Positions 52,563 through 64,000 of a stretch of DNA of 64,000 bases are shown piece by piece. The stretch is from Mizuhopecten yessoensis. Its lineage: Eukaryota. The position numbers were made by a program, and so were the translations under genes. The DNA lies in contig NW_018406081.1 of the NCBI RefSeq assembly GCF_002113885.1, positions 12,247 to 76,246 on the forward strand. The letters run 5' to 3'. Every line of letters starts with the position of its first letter. The stretch's first letter is position 1. The notes beneath the pieces are model-generated. The model was given only the letters and a program-made list of their open reading frames with translations. It made no database searches and had not been told where the DNA came from.

Positions 52563-52863
52563 NNNNNNNNNNNNNNNNNNNNNNNNNNNNNNNNNNNNNN
52601 NNNNNNNNNNNNNNNNNNNNNNNNNNNNNNNNNNNNNNNNNNNNNNNNNNNNNNNNNNNNNNNNNNNNNNNNNNNNNNNNNNNNNNNNNNNNNNNNNNNN
52701 NNNNNNNNNNNNNNNNNNNNNNNNNNNNNNNNNNNNNNNNNNNNNNNNNNNNNNNNNNNNNNNNNNNNNNNNNNNNNNNNNNNNNNNNNNNNNNNNNNNN
52801 NNNNNNNNNNNNNNNNNNNNNNNNNNNNNNNNNNNNNNNNNNNNNNNNNNNNNNNNNNNNNNN
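52563..52863. other. Assembly gap (301 N)
   Basis: Run of N. Confidence 1.
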
Positions 52864-52864
52864 C

Positions 52865-53103
52865 GAGTATAAACTACCATTTTTAAAGACTTTGGTATGT
52901 CTCGGCCAGGGGACAGAACCCAAAGCCTTCCTCACAGGGGCGAACGCTCAACAAATGGCCAAAAGTGAGGCATTGTCAAGGGAGACACTAGGAAGGAAAA
53001 GGCTATATAGAAAGGAGAAAAGAGATAAGGTCCCAAATGTAGTCGCCTCTTACGATCATGCAATTGGGGCAGCAGGTACAATTCTTACGCCCTACCTGCA
53101 GGG
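52865..53103 (-). mobile_element. SINE 5' part: structured leader followed by a tRNA-like head (Meta-type SINE inferred), cut by the gap
   Basis: Minus strand: CCCTGCAGGTAGGG..TACCTGC..ATCGTAAGAGGCGACTA leader, a pyrimidine-rich spacer, then GTTGAGCGTTCGCC..GGGTTCTGTCCCCTGGCCGAGACATACCAAAGTCTTTAAAAATGGTAGT. Confidence 0.65.
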
Positions 53104-53276
53104 TATTGTTGAGAGGTTAATGTCTCCATAAGGCAATACATTAGCAATACATGGGGCTGTATATGCTCGATTTCGATCTCGATTATTCAACATATATTTG
53201 ATCCCTTTATGCATTATTATTTAATTGTGTTTACTAACGGGTCATCACTTGACTTAATCGCATCAAGAAGCAGCGT

Positions 53277-53596
53277 GGAGGCACGGTAATCTAGTGGTTG
53301 GACGCCGGGCTCGTGACCGAAGGGTTGCGAGTTCGAGTCACGGCACGGCACTGTGTTGTATCTTTGAGTAAGATACTTTCCTCCGCTTGTTCCAATCTAC
53401 TCAACTGTAAATGAGAACTTGGTTGATCAGTGCTAGAAATTTAGAATGCTAGCTGTGAGCGCCGAAATGGCAGCAACGGCTACATGCTCCCCGGGGAGTT
53501 GAGAAAGATATTGGCTGGTTGCAAAGGCCCTATAACCACGGATAATAATTTGTGAACCGCTTTGAGATGACTCACGAAATAGGTTGTGATAAAGCG
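53277..53596 (+). mobile_element. tRNA-derived CORE-SINE with L2-like tail
   Basis: A box TCTAGTGGTTGG, B box GAGTTCGAGTC, CORE-like TGTATCTTTGAGTAAGATACTTT..CAACTGTAAATG, and tail TGTGAACCGCTTTGAG. Confidence 0.8.
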
Positions 53597-53996
53597 GTTT
53601 ATTACATACTTACTAATAAATACGTTTTTTTTATATGCGATACGACAAAATTGCTCTAACCCATATCAGCCCTCGTCGTATCACACCCCAAAACCCGTAT
53701 CAGCCCCCGCCGTATCACATCCAAAAACCCGTATCAGCCCGCAAAACCCGTATCACACCCCTTTTGGACATTTTTCGTTTTTCGATATTTCGAAAGAAAA
53801 ATAGACCATAATATAGTAGTTTTTATTAGTAAGTGTGTAATAAACTGAATAAAACACGCCTTTTTCCATATCACACCCAGTATCAACCCTCGACCAATAT
53901 CCGCCCTTTGGCATTTGGTTCTTGGGCTGATATTGCAGTCTCGGGTTGATACTGGGTGTGATATGGAAAAAGGCGTGTTTTATTCAGTTTATTACA
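53597..53996. mobile_element. Non-autonomous element with overlapping inverted repeats (Crypton-like, inferred)
   Basis: GTTTATTACA occurs at 53597, inverted at 53836-53845, and direct again at 53987-53996. A perfect 54-bp inverted repeat spans 53836-53889 and 53943-53996. There are internal CCCGTATCA repeats. Confidence 0.7.
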
Positions 53997-54056
53997 TGTA
54001 TTACTTTCTATATATACCAACCCCGAATTATTATTATTATTAAAATGCTTGCTTTA

Positions 54057-54384
54057 NNNNNNNNNNNNNNNNNNNNNNNNNNNNNNNNNNNNNNNNNNNN
54101 NNNNNNNNNNNNNNNNNNNNNNNNNNNNNNNNNNNNNNNNNNNNNNNNNNNNNNNNNNNNNNNNNNNNNNNNNNNNNNNNNNNNNNNNNNNNNNNNNNNN
54201 NNNNNNNNNNNNNNNNNNNNNNNNNNNNNNNNNNNNNNNNNNNNNNNNNNNNNNNNNNNNNNNNNNNNNNNNNNNNNNNNNNNNNNNNNNNNNNNNNNNN
54301 NNNNNNNNNNNNNNNNNNNNNNNNNNNNNNNNNNNNNNNNNNNNNNNNNNNNNNNNNNNNNNNNNNNNNNNNNNNNNNNNNNNN
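54057..54384. other. Assembly gap (328 N)
   Basis: Run of N. Confidence 1.
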
Positions 54385-55576
54385 GAGTATAAACTACCAT
54401 TTTTAAAGACTTTGGTATGTCTCGGCCAGGGGACAGAACCCAAAGCCTTCCTCACAGGGGCGAACGCTCAACAAATGGCCAAAAGTGAGGCATTGTCAAG
54501 GGAGACACTAGGAAGGAAAAAGCTATATAGAAAGGAGAGAAGAGATAAGGTCCCAAATGTAGTCGCCTCTTACGATCATGCAATTGGGGCAGCAGGTACA
54601 ATTCTTACGCCCTACCTGCAGGGTATTGTTGAGAGGTTAATGTCTCCATAAGGCAATACATTAGCAATACATGGGGCTGTATATGCTCGATTTCGATCTC
54701 GATTATTCAACATATATTTGATCCCTTTATGCATTATTATTTAATTGTGTTTACTAACGGGTCATCACTCGACTTAATCGCATCAAGAAGCAGCGTGGAG
54801 GCACGGTAATCTAGTGGTTGGACGCCGGGCTCGTGACCGAAGGGTTGCGAGTTCGAGTCACGGCACGGCACTGTGTTGTATCTTTGAGTAAGATACTTTA
54901 CTCCGCTTGTTCCAATCTACTCAACTGTAAATGAGAACTTGGTTGATCAGTGCTAGAAATTTAGAATACTAGCTGTGAGCGCCGAAATGGCAGCAACGGC
55001 TACATGCTCCCCGGGGAGTTGAGAAAGATATTGGCTGGTTGCAAAGGCCCTATAACCACGGATAATAATTTGTGAACCGCTTTGAGATGACTCACGAAAT
55101 AGGTTGTGATAAAGCGGTTTATTACATACTTACTAATAAATACGTTTTTTTTATATGCGATACGACAAAATTGCTCTAACCCATATCAGCCCTCGTCGTA
55201 TCACACCCCAAAACCCGTATCAGCCCCCGCCGTATCACATCCAAAAACCCGTATCAGCCCGCAAAACCCGTATCACACCCCTTTTGGACATTTTTCGTTT
55301 TTCGATATTTCGAAAGAAAAATAGACCATAATATAGTAGTTTTTATTAGTAAGTGTGTAATAAACTGAATAAAACACGCCTTTTTCCATATCACACCCAG
55401 TATCAACCCTCGACCAATATCCGCCCTTTGGCATTTGGTTCTTGGGCTGATATTGCAGTCTCGGGTTGATACTGGGTGTGATATGGAAAAAGGCGTGTTT
55501 TATTCAGTTTATTACATGTATTACTTTCTATATATACCAACCCCGAATTATTATTATTATTAAAATGCTTGCTTTA
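54385..55576. repeat. Near-identical direct copy of 52865-54056 (includes second copies of both SINEs and the IR element)
   Basis: Offset is 1520 bp and I count 5 substitutions by eye. Each copy starts right after a gap. Confidence 0.95.
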
Positions 55577-56442
55577 TTTGGCTTTCTGTATCGACAAACC
55601 GAATGATATAACGGTGCAGCCTTACTTTGTATTTCTAGTAAATGCTGTACATGCGTATGTGTATATGGTTGTACATGAAAAACCAACATTTCTGTAAATT
55701 GTTCTGAACCATATATCACTCACTGTACCACATGCTTATAACGTATAAAGCAATAATAATTCTTGCATCCCGATGTTTTTAAAGGTAGTGCGAAATTACG
55801 AAGAGATACGTTTATCCAGCAGAAGTCAATCGCACACACAAAACACTATCGCGTGGGATCGGAAACGCTATACATACACGTTCTGTATTGAGAACAGTAG
55901 CATTTGGCATAGCAAAAATTTAAAAACTAGTCAATGAGATGATGAAAATTCAATGGGTTTTTTAAGTGCTTCATTCTCTAACTCTTAAAAGACATGCATC
56001 TCGTTAAAGCCACGAAACAAAACAGCAGTTAAAATTGTTTTTAAAACGTTCGGTTGTATGTCAGTATTGCATAATTTGGCAAATTGGACAATGGAACATG
56101 CCAGCAAATTCGATTTGAGCATGCAGATGATAGGTTTGAATTTAATTTGTATCCTTCTATATGGGATGATTATACACTAAAGTTAGGCAGTTGTGTATGG
56201 TATATTCAAACACGATCCCGGTAGATTGATAACGACCTCAACGAAACCGTAAATGTCTAAAAGTCTAAAAACTGTCTGAAGTACAGCATGGCTCTTGTTG
56301 ACGAGAACGACAATGAATCATCTTATATTTTGTTAAGTACTGCAAATGATAAAATCCTGAAATCTGATTGGTCAACTACATCCATATTCAGAGTTGATAT
56401 GTCAATGCTGACGAAGGCAATGACATTTTTAACAATTACTTT

Positions 56443-56708
56443 TTGTTTGTTTGTGGTTTTACGTCCTTGAAACTGTCAGAGTCCAATGAAGTTGCCTAGG
56501 ATAACACCACCTGAAACAGAAAGTAGATAGAAAAAAGACTAAAGAATAAAGATTCCAAGTGTTGCAATAGGACATAAGATCAATTGGTCTCCTCCTTGTC
56601 CGCTTGGTAGAAGACACGGATGAACAAAAAAAAAACAATTCTACATGGGGCCCCACATTGGTCGCCTTTTACGATACACATGCAGGTATATTCTTTCCCC
56701 GAGCCTGA
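56443..56708 (-). mobile_element. Short retroposon: structured 5' leader plus SINE/LINE-type tail, no tRNA head seen
   Basis: The minus strand begins CAGGCTCGGGGAAAGAATATACCTGC..ATCGTAAAAGGCGACCAATGTGGGGCCCC and ends GGACGTAAAACCACAAACAAACAA. Confidence 0.6.
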
Positions 56709-57255
56709 TAATTACCTCACGCATAGTATGTGACGTTCTTCAATTAATGTACACAATATTAGTTCGTATCAATTATATTAGTTGTCATAGCAATAGTGAA
56801 TTGAATTTTGTTACGCGTTTCCACTCTGAGCCCTTGTCTCTGCAGGTTCATTAGTTGGCCTGAGTGTGCCTCTATAAGACCTTTCTTAAGCGCATTTTTG
56901 TCTCTATATGTACTTTAGTCAGGCCTTTGTCTCTCCTGGCATCTCCATTAGCCCTTTGTTGTCCCTGCGGACACTCTGGTTCGCCTGCCTGCGTTTATGT
57001 GAGTACTTCTTTTTAAGCTTGTGGTTATCTTAGTGTTGTCAGACACAATGGTTTAATCACCCGTCAAAGATGTCAATGTGCCTTGATGCGGCTCTTTCGT
57101 CAGAAAACACCGTCTTGATAATACTAAAGCAGTAGTAAAAACGTAACCATTTCCGAAAAAAATGCTTCTTCGTTCAGACCATCGAAAAAGAGATAGTTCC
57201 TTTTATGAAGTTAACGAATGCGCATTTAAACAAATATACTGTAGTGTATACTAGT

Positions 57256-57433
57256 CTAGCCCTCTTCCACTGGGTCGCGGGTTCGAGGCCTAAGTGGGGC
57301 AGTCGCCAGGTACTGACCGTCGGTTGGTGGGGGTTTTCCGGGAACTCCGGCTTTCCTCCATCACCAAAATCTGGCATGTCTTTAAATGGACCTTGCTGCT
57401 AATAGGACATAAAACACAAACAAACCAAACCAA
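57256..57433 (+). mobile_element. tRNA-derived V-type SINE (5'-truncated)
   Basis: B box GGGTTCGAGGCC, V-like core GGTTTTCCGGGAACTCCGGCTTTCCTCC, and tail GACCTTGCTGCTAATAGGACATAAAACACAAACAAACCAAACC. Confidence 0.85.
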
Positions 57434-59079
57434 CTGAAGTATGAGCAAAACGAATTAAAAAAACACGGAATGTAAGGCAAACTATGAAAAATAGCAAAGA
57501 TAATATTCGAAGATCTTTGGAAAAAAAAGCATAAGAAAAAAAAGAAACAGAAAGTAGATAGAAAAAAGACTAAAGACTAAAGACCGAATGTAAGGCAAAC
57601 TATGAAAAATAGCAAAGAAAATATTCAAAGATCTTTGAAAAAAACACCAAAAGAAAACAATTCTGGTGTTCCTGTAGATTGAGCGACGTTTACCTCATCA
57701 TAGACATTTAGATCTAGATCAGTGCAAATAAGTCACATTCTCACATTCACAACAATATTGACATTGTAACAATGAAGGCCCACTAAGGGGTAGAGCATAA
57801 TGGAAAGGGTCGATTTTCATGTCACACAAAGAGAGAGAATAGGTCCCAACGGGATCATGATGACCACCATTTAACTTGTCCATAACCTCCATCCACTTAC
57901 ATCTTTCGAAACACTGAGTTATAAGTTTGTCAACAGAATTCCGCAAATATCACGGAAATCGCAAGCTCCCGAGCATGCCCTTGAATATCGAATAAACTGC
58001 GACGTGAATGCCATCTAAATAAAAAGCATGCTCATGTCTGATAACAATGCAGAATGCATACATTTATATGAGAAATATTTGAAAAATCATTAACAGGATT
58101 GGATTGGGTGCGTTTATCAGAACGAACAGCCTATAGATACCCGATATGGATAGGAAATGTTATCCTTGTCAATGTCCCTGGCCTTTTTTACCACACGTGA
58201 CAATACATGAGATACACATGTCACAATCCTTAATGTAAGTGTCAGTTATGCATTCCTTCAGGATGCATATCCGTTTGTAATCGTGTTATGATCTCACAGG
58301 CGCAGTACCAGAACTGTAAACCTACACGTGTGTGTGCACGCTGGAAATCAAATTGTTACATTAAAGTGAAAACTGCAATATGAAAACTGACATGCTTATT
58401 ATTTTAGAAAGTATCAATGTCCACGGTGATCGTTTTCAATTTAATATTTGTTGATAAAATCCTATGTTTACAATGTTGTTAGTGCATTTCATGTTGTCAA
58501 TCAAATCCTAATGTTCTTAACTATTGCCTGTTCAATATAACACACCTTGAATGTTTAAATAATCGTGAATTATTCATATTAGCCTGCTGACGAGAGCCTG
58601 ATTTATTTGTGGGTTATTTACGCTGCTCCATGATCCGTCTATCATGATAGTTATCTTTCGTCGACCAAAGAGAACTCTAAAATGGGACGTCACTCACCGG
58701 CAGTCATGCAAATAGAAGATTACTTACACTCTGCTATTCTCTTTTGAAGAGACACTCCCCTAAGTCAAAATAAGGATTATGTATATACAAATACTTATAA
58801 TTGACGTCATGGGATTAATTACCTTTGTTTATAGGAACTATTAGAAAAATTGCACCATAACGCAGCGATGATTTAAATTTCAAGTAAGTTTTGAATGACC
58901 TAATGCGTGGTGAATATATTTAAGTGATTTCCTGTGAGTTTATTTAATCAAGATCATAAATGAGGCGAGATTCAAGTAATACTTCGATGGATTCTCCAGG
59001 TAAACATTTTACGTGAATTGTATACCTCTTTTGATTTCATCTCTTCGTGCTGTTTTTCGTGTAATATGAAGCTATTTTC

Positions 59080-59215
59080 GACGCTTACCCTTCCGGAACA
59101 CGTAGTCCTACTCTATTATACTTTTTCAAGGTTATCCATGTAAATCTTTCATTTGTTCATATTTTGCCCTAGTTTTATGGTTTAAATGACACTCCAGTAT
59201 TCTTGTTTGTTTGCT
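59080..59215 (+). mobile_element. Dispersed repeat, CTTACCCTTCCGG family
   Basis: GACGCTTACCCTTCCGGAACACGTAGTCC..TTGTTCATATTTTGCCCTAGTTTTAT. Confidence 0.65.
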
Positions 59216-60552
59216 TTTCCCACCATTTTTGTTCTTTGATTTGATATGAAAGAATTTAACCATGTATATTGTGTACGAATAAATGTTTACAAATCTACAA
59301 ATTCAGAGTTTACGAGCAAATATTTGCTTTTTTTTCATTTCCACCTTCTGATCAATCTTTTACTGCATACGCTCAATGGAATTTAATTCATCAACATATG
59401 ACGTAGACTTGAACACTTTGAGGTAATGACTCGCCTTGTTAATACTCTGGTAATTGGTTTAGCTGGCACTATTCCAGGTCATACTCTATGCCATGCTATT
59501 GTCGTGACAGTGTTGTTTCGGGATGAAGTAGAGCAGCAAAAACACCATAACAATGAATATGTCTATTTAATTATCGTTTCATGCACACGTGCAGCAATAA
59601 AATACGAACTCCACAGGACGTGTCATTTGTATACCTTACATCACGGCGTATCACCACTGTTGGACATCATTTCTGTATCATACTTAAATGTTAAATTCAC
59701 GTTTTTATGTCCATTGCCCTCCTGAATCAATTCTTCCTCATTGAGATAACAAGGCAGATATATTGGTTAATCATAAGTGTTAATTAATTAGCTTATTGAA
59801 CCGTCGCACCATGATTTGTTAAAAGAAATAAGCAATGAAATGAGGCAGTTTGCAGATAGTTTTACAAAAACGAAGACATTATTGAGAGAGAACAATACCA
59901 AACAATTGCAATATCATAAAATATATGTCATGGACCTGGAAACACAGCTTTGTGTTTCGCTTTTGTTTTTTTGTATATAAAAATCATTTTTTCCGAGTTA
60001 ATCCGCGACTTACCTCGGCGTTTGTAGAACAATGCTTTCAACAAAGAGGAAAATACCAGGACATTATGTATCTGTGTACTACTCCTATCACCAAACCTTC
60101 GCCAAACAGTCCTACCTGTGTATCAATGCATGTATAAGCTTAAACTACTGGGTATTAAAAACGCGTGTACGAATTTATTTTGTCTTTCTTTTTCGCCGAC
60201 ATTTAGAGTTTTATCTAAAGGTCAATGTTTACCTGGCTAAGCATACGACTCGGTTTATACAAGGGTCGCTTAATATCACCGATACGTCAGAGGCTATGTA
60301 TTAACGACATAGCTAGGGCGTAAATAAATCTGGTGGTTAGCTAACCTTTACCCAACCAATTGTAATTGTGCCCAATCCATTTGCATAATAGATGCATCTT
60401 TGTTTTTAAAGCATTACATTGTACCCATTTTATCCAAGGGTTCCGCTTAAGGAATTGTGTTGATAGGATGTTTTTTTTCTGTGTGACGCTCAGGAATTTG
60501 TGTTTGAATTGCATTCCTAAATTTTAATATGAAGTCGCGATCTTTATTTGAA

Positions 60553-62352
60553 ACACGTATCTCTCATCGAAACATTGCTATACACGTATTTCTAATCGAA
60601 ATATTGCTATACACGTATCTCTCATCAAAACACTGCTATACACGTATCGTTCATGGAATCACTGTTATACAAGTATCTCTCATCAAAACACTGTTTTACA
60701 CGTATCTCTCATCAAAACACTGTTATACACGTATCTCTCATCAAAACACTGTTATACCCGTATCTCTTATCAAAACACTGTTTTACACGTATCTCTCATC
60801 AAAACACTGTTTTACACGTATCTCTCATCAAAACACTGTTATGCACGTATCTCCCATCCAAACACTGTTATACACGTATCTCTCATCAAAACACTGTTAT
60901 ACACGTATCTCTCAATGAAACACTGTTATACACGTATCTCTCATCAAAACACTGTTATACACGTTTCTCTCATTGAAATACTTTTATACACGTATCTCTC
61001 ATTGAAACAATGCTATTCATGGATCTCTCATGGAAACACTGTTATGCACGTATCTCCCATCCAAACACTGTTATACACGTATCTCTCATTGAAACACTGC
61101 TGTACCCGTGTCTCTCATCGAAACACTGCTATACCCGTGTCTCTCATTCAAACCCTGTTATACATGTATCTCTCAATGAAACACTGATATACCCGTATTT
61201 CTCATCATAACACTGCTATACACGTATCTCTAAATGAAACACTGATATACACGTATCGTTCATGGAAACACTGTTATACATGTATCTCTCATTGAAATAC
61301 TTTTATACACGTATCTCTCATTGAAACAATGCTATTCATGGATCTCTCATGGAAACACTGTTATGCACGTATCTCCCATCCAAACACTGTTATGCACGTA
61401 TCTCCCATCCAAACACTGTTATACACGTATCTCTCATTCAAACACTGCTATACACGTATCTCTCATCAAAACACTGCCATACACGTATCTCTCATCCAAA
61501 CACTGCTATACACTTATCTCTCATCAAAACACTATTATACACTCTCATGGACACACTGTTTTACACGTATCTCCCATCAAAACACTGTTATACACGTATC
61601 TCTCATTGAAATACTTTTATACACGTATCTCTCATTGAAACAATGCTATTCATGGATCTCTCATGGAAACACTTATATGCACGTATCTCCCATCCAAACA
61701 CTCTTATACACGTATCTCTCATTGAAACACTGATATACATGTATTTCTCATACAAACACAGCTATACACGTATCTGTCAATCAAACACTGTTATACACGT
61801 ATCTCTCATCAAAACACTGTTATACAAGTATCTCTCATTGAAACACTGCTATACCCGTGTCTCGCATTCAAACACTGCTATACACGTATCTCTCATCAAA
61901 ACACTGCCATACACGTATCTCTCTTCCAAACACTGCTATACACTTATCTCTCATCAAAACACTATTATACACTCTCATTGACACACTGTTTTACACGTAT
62001 CTCGCATCAAAACACTGATATACACGTATCTCTCATTGAAATACTTTTATACACGTATCTCTCATTGAAACAATGCTATTCATGGATCTCTCATGGAAAC
62101 ACTTATATGCACGTATCTCTCATCCCAACACTCTTATACACGTACCTCTCATTGAAACACTGCTTTTCATGGATATCTCTTTGAAACACTGCTATACACG
62201 TATTTCTCATCCAAACACTGTTATACACGCATCTCTCATCCAAACACTGTAACACACGCATCTCTCATAAAAACACCGCTATACACGTATCTCTCATCAA
62301 AACACTGCTATACATGTATCTGCAATGGATACACTAGTATACACGTATCTCT
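60553..62352. repeat. 29-bp minisatellite (~62 units) with higher-order structure
   Basis: Unit ACACGTATCTCTCATCAAAACACTGTTAT. It explains the ORFs between 60529 and 62184. Confidence 0.96.
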
Positions 62353-64000
62353 TATTCTATTGAACTTTTGATAGTTTGTTTGATTTATATTGCCATTGCA
62401 TTGCTTAGTAGACATGAAAACATCATAGGTGTGGATAAACAACGATGGAGAACATAGTGATACCGTCTATCTTCTATGCAGAATAGATTTGTGATGGCAC
62501 GAGAGGACGTCTTTGATTTCGGAGATTGTTATGAATTTGAGGAATTAAACTTCAAATATATTTTTAGATTTATTTGTTCCGTTAAAGGAACAAACTTCAA
62601 GAGTCGGTTTAGTGTTTTATTATTAAACTATAATATAATTGACATACCATACTCCCTAAACCCATTATCACACAACTTCATATATCAACGTGCATTAGAC
62701 TCCACAGCGAGTAGTGTGATGAATATAAATGCCTAAGAATAAGGACTAACATTGGAAGATAACGTTCAGATAGTTATGTTTTATTTCTTTTAACTGCTAA
62801 TTTCATGGAAACCGGTAAAATGGTTTGCTTTTTTCTTATCTGACTTCAGGAAAACATCATGTAACTGAGATCATTGTATTGCATCTTTAATTTGAGACAA
62901 AGCCAACACAATTTTATTATAGCTTTACATAACCATACTTGTAACCTTTAAGTATACATTTAATTTAGCAAAAATACCTCAAATCTAGGAAAACTAGGGA
63001 GACCTGATATCTAATGTTGAACAAAAACAATAAAATGAGATTTTTCGACAAAGCATTGTGCTCCATACCGCTCTAAGGATCGTCTAGTCTTCAAAATGCA
63101 AAGAGTTAAGGAGGACACTAAATAATCGATAAGCTAGTGAGAATTTCTTTGAGTTTGAGAAAGATGTATTCCAATGTAACCAAAATAAATCCTTTTTTTA
63201 CAAAAGTGAAATTCATATTGTCGCAGCATGATGAATGGGATTGGTTTTAAAGATATGAACGGCAGTTATCGTACCATTAAATTGAGGGTATACATGCATT
63301 TTGAAAACTACAAATACCCGGAACCGGAAGTACTTATAAAACACACCCGAATCTTCGAGGCCGATAGTTTTGATAACGTTTAGCAGTTAACAACATATGA
63401 AAGAGATTTTAATGCGTTTTATATACTGGCTTTCCCACATGAGGAACAACTCTGCGATAAGTGTTTTGAAACTTTTTTTCTAGGCTGTCAATTTTGAATA
63501 ATATCGTGCCTATGAATGTCACGGCAAACCACGGCCATGATACTAATGATTTTGCCAATAGAGTCTGGTACCCTTTGTCTACATGTTGAAAGATAAATGT
63601 AAGAGACGCACATTTTACCTGTAGGACGCCCGGTTGTATTGAATACTCATGTTTAATAAACATGTACCAGTGGCACGATTTGTGAAAATTTAAATGAACG
63701 ATTGAATCGTTATTATTAGAGGTCAGATGATCCTTTAGAAACAATATAATTTTTCATTTCAACATCATAATGATATGATATAACTATTTGCCATTTTAGT
63801 AAATATCTTGAGACTTGGTTCTGTGTGAAATGGGAGGATATTTACTGGTGCCTAAACACGTCGCGTGCCAATTTCGTCTAACGCCTTTGTGACAGTGAAT
63901 GATATCCCAACTCAATCATATTGATTTAAAGTATCGATGCATTGTTATATTGTATCGATAATGTTCTAAACTATCGTTACAATGTAATGATCGTGACTTA

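Noticed and set aside
53277-53348. Possible tRNA gene
   Set aside because: The cloverleaf is imperfect and continues directly into a CORE domain and tail, so it is a SINE head. The same applies at 19090-19167, 22195-22400, 51862 and 57256.
52488-54651. ORFs containing long X runs
   Set aside because: Artefacts of translating N gaps plus antisense SINE sequence.
60529-62184. His/Thr-rich ORFs
   Set aside because: Translations of the 29-bp minisatellite.

Overview
AT-rich eukaryotic, largely non-coding DNA with two N-gaps. The repeat families (V/CORE/Meta-type SINEs, a Helentron-type HINE) point to a bivalve mollusc genome, which is an inference. No intact, nameable protein-coding gene is visible, and nearly all listed ORFs are chance ORFs or translations of tandem repeats. 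The window holds five satellite/minisatellite arrays (49, 61, ~60, 37 and 29 bp units), a dead 5'-truncated RTE LINE, a CR1-like LINE 3' end, an SGNH-hydrolase remnant of a tyrosine-recombinase retroelement, many SINEs and MITEs, and a gap-flanked 1.19-kb duplication that is probably an assembly artefact. There are weak hints of scattered minus-strand exons. The most interesting signals are RNA-level. (1) A minimal hammerhead ribozyme with an intact core at 14414-14470 lies antisense to a small, TATA-preceded, decayed ORF. (2) Two differently permuted copies of a ~300-340-nt hammerhead-bearing retrozyme-like unit sit at 22.4-22.9 kb and 29.9-30.3 kb. (3) A structured 5' leader motif (..RTCGTAARAGGCGAC..) is shared by several retroposons and at one locus has been amplified into a 61-bp satellite. 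(4) A second satellite is built from a SINE 3' tail.
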